Source: Chthonomonadales bacterium (GTDB lineage: Bacteria > Armatimonadota > Chthonomonadetes > Chthonomonadales > Chthonomonadaceae). Taken from it: a stretch of 13,246 nt of DNA. The first letter of the stretch is position 1, and each line of letters starts with the position of its first letter. A model generated the notes under the pieces. The model was not told the origin of the DNA, made no database searches, and worked only from the letters and a program-made list of their open reading frames with translations. The DNA lies in contig JBBQPO010000170.1 in assembly GCA_038217285.1 (NCBI GenBank), positions 1 to 13,246 on the forward strand, read 5' to 3'. Below are positions 1-6,788 of the stretch, piece after piece. Position numbers and translations under genes: made by a program.

Positions 1-477
1 GAGGTGGCTCTGGCTCTTGCGACCGTGGCGCACCTCGGGATCAGTGGCCGAGGGCATACGACCGGGCGTGGTCCCTTCCTTTATAGTAGCCTTCGGCGGA
101 CCTGTCTCGGAGGGCTTCTCTTCGATGTCCTGAAGCAGCAAAGCACTCAGGAGTTCAGCGGCTTCCTTCACACTCTGGGAGCCTCCCGCTGCTTTCTGGG
201 GCAGTGCGCGTGCCTCGGCGACGACGGTGGTGAGGAAAGCGTTCTGGGCCGCTTCGTCGCTCCAGTCGAGGTCGGCGCTGGCTTTGAGGCTCTGTTGTTG
301 GTAGCGCGTGAGCCCTTCCTCTTGCAAGAAGGCGTCGAGTTGGGCAAAGTCCTCGTCTTTAAAGAGTCGGGGAGCGGCGTGAGCGAGTTGGGCATGGAAG
401 GAGCGGGGATTGAGCTTGAGGTCGTAGACGTTACCAATATCGAACAGGTCGGCCTGGCTGCTTCGTTTTCCAATCAT
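1..477 (-). pseudogene. IS1182-family-like transposase, 5' part, with apparent in-frame internal deletion; runs off the left edge of the window
   Basis: Manual translation from ATG 477 (AGGAG upstream) is open to base 1: MIGKRSSQADLFDIGNVYDLKLNPRSFHAQLAHAAPRLFKDEDFAQL-DAFLQEEGLTRYQQQSLKASADLDWSDEAAQNAFLTTVVAEARAL...AAELLSALLLQDIE...RMPSATDPEVRHGRKS. The LFxDEDFA, lKxxaxlDWsD, AAELLxxLLLQDiE and SxxDPExRHGxKS motifs match IS1182-type transposases as I recall them. Not in the ORF track because its stop lies outside the window. Confidence 0.8.
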
Positions 478-555
478 GGGAACATGGTCTCCTGGGAGCA
501 TTGTGTGATGGCTATAGATTCACCACACAACCCAACAATTCCTTTGGTTTGGAAG

Positions 556-579
556 GCGACTTTTCGGCCGCGCTTCTAG
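556..579 (-). mobile_element. Putative left terminal inverted repeat / end of the IS, with flanking CTAG
   Basis: CTAGAAGCGCGGCCGAAAAGTCGC on the minus strand, about 80-100 bp upstream of the transposase start and abutting a host hairpin. The partner end is outside the window, so it cannot be confirmed. Confidence 0.45.
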
Positions 580-617
580 ACAATATCGACCAATCCAGAG
601 GATCAGTCGATATTGTC
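579..617. terminator. Stem-loop, probable terminator of the minus-strand gene ending at 641
   Basis: GACAATATCGAC (579-590) and GTCGATATTGTC (606-617) form a perfect 12-bp inverted repeat with an inner ATCC/GGAT pair, ~23 bp downstream of the stop at 641. No clear U-tract. Confidence 0.55.
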
Positions 618-640
618 CCACTCACGTATCCGAGTACAAA

Positions 641-1223
641 CTAAAGCGCGATGCGAGATATGATTGGTCGCTGGTGACGCGACTTCTTGGAGGAGATCGT
701 CTTGGCTTGACATGGAGCGCCCCCCCCAGGAGGCCCACTGGGCATTGCACCGCCCACGACAGACCAGTTAGCGTCGGAAGTTTTCGTAGCGGAAGCTACG
801 CCACCACCAATGGTAGTAATTGCCTCAGTCACGTAGGTATTCTCGTAGAAGATGCCACTATAGGATTGGCTATCTGTAAAATCTTGTCCTGTACCTGGTA
901 GTTGCGTGAAGGTACCGAACGCGCCATCCGTATGAGAGTATCCACCGGACGTGGCATGACTGAAAGAAAATGTGACATGAATTGTCACCGTTCTAGCCGG
1001 CAGAGTATCAAGGTCCATGTGTCAGATATTGAGCATCGTATGTAGCGGATCCCGCCACAGTAGTTGCAAAGTTGCCTGCGCCGCAAGAAAATATTTGTCC
1101 GTCAGAGGGGCTGGTGACAGTTGCGCTGGCCGTGACGGTGTCAGCGGCTCTTACGCCCTGAAAACCCGTCAGGAGAAAAAGGGCCGAAACGGCCGCTACA
1201 AGTTGAGCATTTCTTGCTTTCAT
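641..1223 (-). pseudogene. Secreted Thr/Ser/Gly-rich hypothetical protein split by a probable frameshift near 1018-1021
   Basis: GAAAGGA RBS before ATG 1223; signal peptide MKARNAQLVAAVSALFLLTGFQGVRA-ADTV; this frame stops at 1008. A second frame 1018..641 continues with the same beta-rich T/S/G composition and has no obvious RBS. Confidence 0.55.
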
Positions 1224-1457
1224 GGAATCATCCTTTCGCGTACAACATTCTTGTGGCCGCACTCAAAACCAGTGAACAGAGGTTGACGGTTTGCAGTGCG
1301 GGCAAACAGCCCGAGAGCTAAAACAATCGTTCGATAATAAGCAAAGATATTCCTCTCTTATAGTGAAATAATAGATATTCCGATGAATAACAGGCAAAGG
1401 GCCGAAACACCACGATGGCCTATGGGAACAGTGCGGAGTTTTCATTGCCTCCAAACT

Positions 1458-1649
1458 TTACCCGGTCCGAAGGAAACGGATCTCGGTTTGGTCGATTACC
1501 TGAATCCCGGCGGCAGGAACTGCCATCCCGATCTGCCAGCGGACACTCTCTTTGGAGCCGCAGAAAACGAAGTCATCCGGAAATGTCTGCAGGCGGGCGC
1601 GTTCGCGGTTGGTTAACGCGCGGTCTTGTACCGTATGCCAGTCTGACAT
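1458..1649 (-). pseudogene. C-terminal fragment (motifs IX-X) of a C5-cytosine DNA methyltransferase
   Basis: RALTNRERARLQTFPDDFVFCGSKESVRWQIGMAVP (about 1622-1515) matches the RxLTxRExARLQxFPDxF...xQIGxAVP signature of Dcm-family enzymes. No FxGxGG, PC or ENV motifs are present upstream. Confidence 0.8.
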
Positions 1650-1720
1650 ATTTCTACACCACGCTACCGAAACACACGAGTTCCAGAGAACGGATGTGAA
1701 TTTTTTCGCATCTCCCTTGA

Positions 1721-1915
1721 CAGAACCGCTCTGCCCTGGCCCAGGTGGTGCAGACTTTCTTTGCCAGCAATATTGAGCGGGTCGTCGCCACGCTGCTCTC
1801 CTCGAAAGATATCCAACTGACCCCGGAGGAGCTGGACCGGATCTCAACGCTGGTCGAGAAGGCCAAACAAGCCGAGAAGCAAGTGGAAGTTCCGAAGGAG
1901 GAGGACGAGGCATGA
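1721..1915 (+). pseudogene. BlaI/MecI/CopY-family repressor, C-terminal dimerisation half only
   Basis: Manual translation: QNRSALAQVVQTFFASNIERVVATLLSSKDIQLTPEELDRISTLVEKAKQAEKQVEVPKEEDEA*. The SALxxVVQTFF...VATLL...LxxEELDRI pattern is typical of BlaI C-termini. An in-frame TGA lies at 1718-1720 and there is no wHTH. The stop overlaps the next ATG (ATGA 1912-1915). Confidence 0.8.
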
Positions 1916-2943
1916 TGACTTTAGATCGCGCCTGGGACAGCCTGGTGACGATAACGCTGCAGAGCGGACTGTTGTGCCTGATGGCAGGAGCAGGGCTTCT
2001 CCTGCTGTGCAAGGCCGCTGCCGCCATCCTCTCACCCCAGCGGAGGCAGAAGCCGCCGCGCACGGTAACGCTCCTCGCCTCCGCCGCCACGGCGGTCTGC
2101 GCGCTGGCGCTGGCCTCCGTGCAGGTGGGGGCCGGCCCCGCGCCGATTTCGCACACGGTCTCTTCTCTCTTCGCTCTCATAAACGCCGCGTCGGCACATG
2201 CCAGCGTCCCTTCGCAGCCGCAGAACACCGCGCACCTGCGACTGGCTTCCACGCAGACCAGCGCCGAAAAACAGCGCACTCTCCTCCGCAAACTTGGCGA
2301 CAAAGACGATGCAACTCTACTGCGGCAAAGGCTGGATGCGATGGAAAAGCGTCTGGCGCAGAACCAGCAGGAGAATGCCACGCTACGGCAGCAGCTCAGA
2401 ACCCTTGCGGCGCAGCAGCAGAGAAGCAAGGTCATGTCCAAAGCGCTGGAGGCTGCCCCTTCCGATGCCGAGCTTTCCGCGCTCAAAACCGTCTTGCGCG
2501 ACATGAAGCAGCAGCAGGCTCTGTTGCGAACACAGGCGAACCTGTCTGAGGATCTCTACCGGAACGGCTCTGCGACCCGTGAAGAATCCTTCCAGCAGCA
2601 GGCGGAAATGGAGGCCTTCAAGCTCAGTGTGGACGCTATCAAACAGCAGATCGATGCTCTGAAGGCCGGGCACAGGCCCTCCGCGAAGGAACAGAGTCGG
2701 AATCAACTCCTTCTGCGTCGGGCCGCGCTCAAGGCCCATCTGCGGGCGGCGCAGGACAAGCTCACGCTGACAAAAGAGCGCCACAAGGCAGGCGCCGTCA
2801 GCGGCAGCGAGTTGACTGCCGCAGAGCAGGCGGTCGCCCGCCTGCAAGTAGAGATCGACGAACTCATGCTCGAACTCTCCCGGCCCGGCGCCTCCGCCAG
2901 GCCCTTCGATCCTTTTAACAGTCCCCTCGGCAAAGCCTTCTAG
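1912..2943 (+). CDS. BlaR1/M56-type membrane protein apparently lacking the M56 peptidase core, with a C-terminal coiled-coil region
   Basis: Translationally coupled to the blaI remnant, with a GAGG-rich RBS. The N-terminal TM (TLQSGLLCLMAGAGLLLLCKAAAA) runs directly into ILSPQRRQK plus a second TM, resembling the start and end flanks of M56 domains. No HExxH motif. The rest is Q/L/A/K-rich and helical. Confidence 0.65.
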   Translation: MMTLDRAWDSLVTITLQSGLLCLMAGAGLLLLCKAAAAILSPQRRQKPPRTVTLLASAATAVCALALASVQVGAGPAPISHTVSSLFALINAASAHASVPSQPQNTAHLRLASTQTSAEKQRTLLRKLGDKDDATLLRQRLDAMEKRLAQNQQENATLRQQLRTLAAQQQRSKVMSKALEAAPSDAELSALKTVLRDMKQQQALLRTQANLSEDLYRNGSATREESFQQQAEMEAFKLSVDAIKQQIDALKAGHRPSAKEQSRNQLLLRRAALKAHLRAAQDKLTLTKERHKAGAVSGSELTAAEQAVARLQVEIDELMLELSRPGASARPFDPFNSPLGKAF

Positions 2944-2970
2944 CACCTCGGACAGGTCCAGTAAGAACGA

Positions 2971-3015
2971 ACAGGAGCCGTCCCCAACTTCGGGACGGCT
3001 CCTGTCTTGTTTGTT
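2971..3015 (+). terminator. Rho-independent terminator
   Basis: ACAGGAGCCGTCCC (2971-2984) / GGGACGGCTCCTGT (2992-3005) form a perfect 14-bp stem followed by CTTGTTTGTT, just after the stop at 2943. Confidence 0.8.
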
Positions 3016-3113
3016 GCCCGGCTGTCTTCTTCCCTTGGATGGTGGCAGGATTGCGGAGGTGTCGGCGCGAATGTAGGGGGGCAATGCCATAACACCCTGA
3101 AAGAGGAGCCACT

Positions 3114-4370
3114 ATGAGACAGCCGCTCGCCCTTCTATGCCGAATGGGCCTGACCGCCGCGCTTGCCGCCTGTGCCGCAGGCAGCTACGGGGCAGGCCAG
3201 GAAACTACCGACGCCCCGCGCCCAAAAAAACTTACTCTCACTGCCACCCGTCACAAAGCGCCGTCTGCGCGCGCATCGAAGAGGTCGAAAATGGAAAAGA
3301 TGCTCGTCTATATCGGCACGTATACCACCAAAGGCAGCAAGGGGATCTACCTCTGCGAACTGAACATGCAGACGGGAGAGCTGACCTCGAAAGGGGCGGT
3401 CGCGACCACCCCGAACCCGACCTTCCTCGCCGTTGCGCCCAACCACAAGTATCTCTATGCCGCCAACGAGATCGATAACTTCCAGGGCAAAAAAGCAGGC
3501 GCGGTCAGCGCCTGGGCCATTCAGCCGAAGACAGGCGCGCTGCAGTTCATCAACGACGCCTCCACCAAAGGCGACGGTCCCTGCCACGTCTCGGTGGACA
3601 ACAAGGGCCAGTATGTGTTCGCGGCCAACTACGGCGCGGGCAGCGTCACCGCAATGCCTGTCGAGAAGAATGGCGGCGTGGGCGCGGCAACAGGCTTCGA
3701 TCAGCATACGGGCACGAGCGTCGATCCCCAGCGCCAGGAGGGGCCGCACGGCCACTCCATCTATATCGACTCCGCCAATCATTTCGTCTATACCGCCGAC
3801 CTCGGTCTGGACAAGGTCTTCGTCTATCACTTCGACTCGCAGAACGGCACGTTCACGCCCAACGATCCGCCGTTCGCCATGGTGCCGCCCGGCTCCGGGC
3901 CGCGCCATGTCGCGTTCCACCCCAACGGCAAGTTCGCCTACGTCATCAACGAGATGAAATCGACCCTCACCTCCATGACCTGGGACCCCAAAGCGGGCAC
4001 GATGCAGGAGATCGAAACCGTCTCCACCGTTCCAGAGGGCAACACCGTCTCCAACTCGACCGCCGAGGTGTTCATGCATCCCAACGGCAAGTTCCTCTAC
4101 GGCTCCAACCGCGGCCACAACAGCATCGCGATCTTCTCGGTAGACGGCACGACCGGCAAAGTCAAACTGATCGACAACCAGTCGAGCGAAGGCAAGACGC
4201 CCCGCAGCTTCAACCTCGACCCGACCGGCACGTTCCTGCTCGCCGCCAACCAGGACACCGACAATGTCGTGGTCTTCCGCGTCAACCAGCAGACCGGCGC
4301 ACTCACCCCCACGGGCCATAGCGTCCATCTCTCCATGCCCGTCTGCATCGTCTATATGCCCGGAAAGTAG
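3114..4370 (+). CDS. pgl: Lactonase-family 7-bladed beta-propeller (6-phosphogluconolactonase-like, YbhE/Pgl family) with N-terminal signal peptide
   Basis: GAGGAG RBS. Family motifs YIGTYT, NPTFLA, GPCHVSVD, ANYGAGSV, RQEGPHGH, DLGLDKV, PGSGPRH, YVINE, LYGSNRGHNSIA, TPRSF and ANQ are all present. Confidence 0.92.
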   Translation: MRQPLALLCRMGLTAALAACAAGSYGAGQETTDAPRPKKLTLTATRHKAPSARASKRSKMEKMLVYIGTYTTKGSKGIYLCELNMQTGELTSKGAVATTPNPTFLAVAPNHKYLYAANEIDNFQGKKAGAVSAWAIQPKTGALQFINDASTKGDGPCHVSVDNKGQYVFAANYGAGSVTAMPVEKNGGVGAATGFDQHTGTSVDPQRQEGPHGHSIYIDSANHFVYTADLGLDKVFVYHFDSQNGTFTPNDPPFAMVPPGSGPRHVAFHPNGKFAYVINEMKSTLTSMTWDPKAGTMQEIETVSTVPEGNTVSNSTAEVFMHPNGKFLYGSNRGHNSIAIFSVDGTTGKVKLIDNQSSEGKTPRSFNLDPTGTFLLAANQDTDNVVVFRVNQQTGALTPTGHSVHLSMPVCIVYMPGK

Positions 4371-4395
4371 AGACTCGACGGCGACGAAAATAGAA

Positions 4396-4427
4396 CGTCC
4401 CGACTGCAAAGCTTTGCAGTCGGGACG
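4396..4427. repeat. Perfect 32-bp intergenic palindrome
   Basis: CGTCCCGACTGCAAAG|CTTTGCAGTCGGGACG is its own reverse complement. It is followed by a small hairpin GCCTG-AAAT-CAGGC (4430-4443) and has no U-tract. Confidence 0.85.
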
Positions 4428-4464
4428 AGGCCTGAAATCAGGCTCTGAAAGGACTGTGAAAACG

Positions 4465-5412
4465 ATGAAATACCGACGACTGGGTGCTTCCGGACTCAAG
4501 GTCTCCGAGATCTGCCTCGGCGCATGGATCAACTTCGGGGAGCGCATCGACGACTCCCAGACCTTCGGAGTTATCGACGCCGCTGTCGAAGAGGGCATCG
4601 ACTTCTTCGATACCGCCGACGTCTATGCGGGCGGCAAGGCCGAAGAGGTGATGGGACGCTGGATGCAGGGCAAAGACCGCCGGACGCTCACCATCGCCAC
4701 CAAATGCCGGGGGCGGATGTGGCCAGGGGTGAACGGCGAAGGGCTGAGCCGCAAGCATATCTTCGATGCCTGTCATGACAGCCTGCGGCGACTGCAGACC
4801 GACTACATCGATCTCTATCAGGTCCACTGGCCGGACCCGGAGACCCCGCTGAAGGAGACCCTGTGCGCGCTGGACGACCTGGTAAAACAGGGCAAAGTGC
4901 GCTATATCGGCTGCTCGAACTTCGGCAGTGAGCTTATCGGTGAGGCGGCGCGCATCTCCGAGACCTATAATCTGAATAAGTTCGTCTCCTCTCAGCCCTA
5001 CTACAACATGCTGGGACGGGGCATCGAGGAGCGCGACATCCCCCGCTGCGTGAAAGAGGGCGTCGGCCTCGTTCCCTACTCGCCGCTGGCGCAGGGCCTG
5101 CTCTCCGAAAAGTATCTGGGCGGGTCCGTTCCGACCGGCAGCCGCGGGGAGGGCAATAAGAGTATCGAGGAGAACCTGCGCAAACATCTGCCGACGATGC
5201 AGGCGCTGGGCGCATTCGCCTCGGCGCGCGACCTTACCCTCTCGCAACTCGCCCTGGCCTGGCTGCTGCATCAGCCTGCCATGGCCGCTCCGATCATCGG
5301 GGCCACCCGACCCGAACAGGTGCGCGAAAACGCGAAGGCCTCCGGCGTCAAACTCTCGGCGGAGGAACTGGCAGAGATCGAGGCTATTCTCAAACCCAAA
5401 ACAGGAGGCTGA
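4465..5412 (+). CDS. Aldo/keto reductase (NADPH-dependent; Tas/YajO/Kv-beta-like group)
   Basis: MKYRRLGASGLKVSEICLG start with GAAAGGA RBS; catalytic-tetrad motifs DTADVY, IATK and YQVHW; SLRRLQTDYIDLY, GKVRYIGCSNF, PYSPLAQGLL, QLALAWLL and PIIGA. The true start is 4465, not the ORF-track 4264. Confidence 0.95.
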   Translation: MKYRRLGASGLKVSEICLGAWINFGERIDDSQTFGVIDAAVEEGIDFFDTADVYAGGKAEEVMGRWMQGKDRRTLTIATKCRGRMWPGVNGEGLSRKHIFDACHDSLRRLQTDYIDLYQVHWPDPETPLKETLCALDDLVKQGKVRYIGCSNFGSELIGEAARISETYNLNKFVSSQPYYNMLGRGIEERDIPRCVKEGVGLVPYSPLAQGLLSEKYLGGSVPTGSRGEGNKSIEENLRKHLPTMQALGAFASARDLTLSQLALAWLLHQPAMAAPIIGATRPEQVRENAKASGVKLSAEELAEIEAILKPKTGG

Positions 5413-5625
5413 CGAATTCCAGTCGAGCGCCACGACTATCGCCAGATTCTTCTCAACGCCCCTCCCGGATAGTTTTCTCTGCGTGGCGAACAGGAGCGTC
5501 GGCGAGACCACCTGAGCGAGCCGGAAAAGCGATAGCAGGATTTTTTCGGCGTTCCGACAGAACCTTTATTGGATTGCCGCCGTCTAAAAGCAGATGCAGT
5601 AGGAAAACATCGTTGCCTTGCTGTA

Positions 5626-5634
5626 TGGTATACT
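5626..5634 (+). promoter_or_regulatory. Candidate extended -10 promoter element for the prepilin-like/TPR/CRTAC1 operon
   Basis: TGGTATACT matches TGnTATAAT with one mismatch, inside the 550-bp intergenic region. No good -35 at the canonical spacing. Confidence 0.3.
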
Positions 5635-5962
5635 AACGCACTGGCAGTCTTTGAATCAGGCTTCCTGCCTATAAACAGGAGAGGGGGTGAGCATTTACAA
5701 GGGCTATTCTGCCTCAACGCAACGATCCGCCTTCATACCATTCGTCCGCAGTGTAGGTCCTTAATCGTGTTTGTCGGCACAGCCACGCTGTTCCGTCTTC
5801 CAGCACTTCATAAAGACCATAACGTCGCGTGTGTCACCTCATGTTCGATATTCGTTCTTAGGAAAACTTCTGAAAATGAGGAGTAACAGATCCTGTTGCT
5901 CTGGTGCCAGTGTCTGACTCGATCTGGAGACGATCCTCACTAGTAAGATCAACGGAGATAAG

Positions 5963-6769
5963 ATGCATAAGAAAGTCGGTTTCACCCTCATCGAACTGCT
6001 CGTCGTCATCGCGATCATCGCGATTCTGGCGGCGATCCTGTTCCCGGTCTTCGCACAGGCCCGTGAGAAGGCTCGGCAGGCCAGCTGCATGAGCAACCTC
6101 AAACAACTCGGTCTCGCCGAACTGCAGTACGTCCAGGACTTCGATGAACAGTTCAGCGGCTCCTATATCAACAGTCCCCAAGGGCGCGTCTACTACCCGG
6201 AACTGATCTATCCCTACACAAAGAACACGCAGATCTACTTCTGCCCGGATTCTTCGCCCACGGATCGATTCAACGACGATAACTCCCATCGCCAGTGTAC
6301 CAACCCGAACACCTGGGGTCCGATCGCCGGCAAGACTTACGATCCCGCCAATACGTGCAATAACTACGGTTACGGTCCGACCGATTATGCCTACAACTCG
6401 ATCTCCAGCGTCGGCGTCGGCAACAACAATGGCGACCAGGCGAACAATAAGTCGTCCGCCGTCACCAGTCCGGCCTCGACCCTGCTTCTCATGGACGGTC
6501 GTGGCAATGGCGGAGCTCGATACGGCTTTATCAACGCCTGGCGCACCGACGATACCGACATCAACGGCACGTTCTACGGCAGCACCTGGAAAGGTCAGTT
6601 GGACAAGACTAAGTCGGTCTCGCCCTATATGCGGCATCCCAAGGGCGACGGCTTCCTGGCGCTGTGGTACGATGGTCATGTGAAGTACCTGAAGTCTTCG
6701 GCGTCTCCGTCCACGACCTACCCGGGCGGCGGCTCCCCGTACTACTGGTACGTCCAGAAGCCCGATTAA
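5963..6769 (+). CDS. Prepilin-type N-terminal cleavage/methylation domain protein (DUF1559 / H-X9-DG family)
   Basis: [59 protein letters not shown] type IV pilin-like N-terminus with Glu5; PYTKNxQIxxCP; C-terminal RH...WYDGHVK. Confidence 0.93.
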   Translation: MHKKVGFTLIELLVVIAIIAILAAILFPVFAQAREKARQASCMSNLKQLGLAELQYVQDFDEQFSGSYINSPQGRVYYPELIYPYTKNTQIYFCPDSSPTDRFNDDNSHRQCTNPNTWGPIAGKTYDPANTCNNYGYGPTDYAYNSISSVGVGNNNGDQANNKSSAVTSPASTLLLMDGRGNGGARYGFINAWRTDDTDINGTFYGSTWKGQLDKTKSVSPYMRHPKGDGFLALWYDGHVKYLKSSASPSTTYPGGGSPYYWYVQKPD

Positions 6770-6788
6770 TTCGAAATGGGTGTGTTTC

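Noticed and set aside
4-579. 191-aa plus-strand ORF and the 168..473 minus-strand ORF
   Set aside because: Shadows of the transposase frame (477..1, minus), which carries the recognisable motifs.
1295-1345. GGGCAAAC...GCAAAG resemblance to a c-di-GMP-I riboswitch
   Set aside because: It lacks the GAAA-tetraloop stem and second hairpin, and lies on the wrong strand for the adjacent gene.
1345-1381. AGATATTCC direct repeat (1345-1353, 1373-1381)
   Set aside because: Only two 9-bp copies in AT-rich DNA. It could be chance and is too weak to call an operator or array.
1458-2504. 348-aa minus-strand ORF as a full DNA methyltransferase
   Set aside because: Only the last ~55 codons resemble a methyltransferase. 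The rest is antisense to the blaI/blaR-like genes and has no catalytic motifs.
4264-4464. N-terminal extension of the aldo/keto reductase in the ORF track
   Set aside because: It overlaps the lactonase and crosses the palindrome. The family N-terminus and RBS point to ATG 4465.
6260-6460. AAC-rich segment in the first prepilin-like gene as a diversity-generating retroelement target
   Set aside because: No template repeat or reverse transcriptase in the window; Asn richness explains it.
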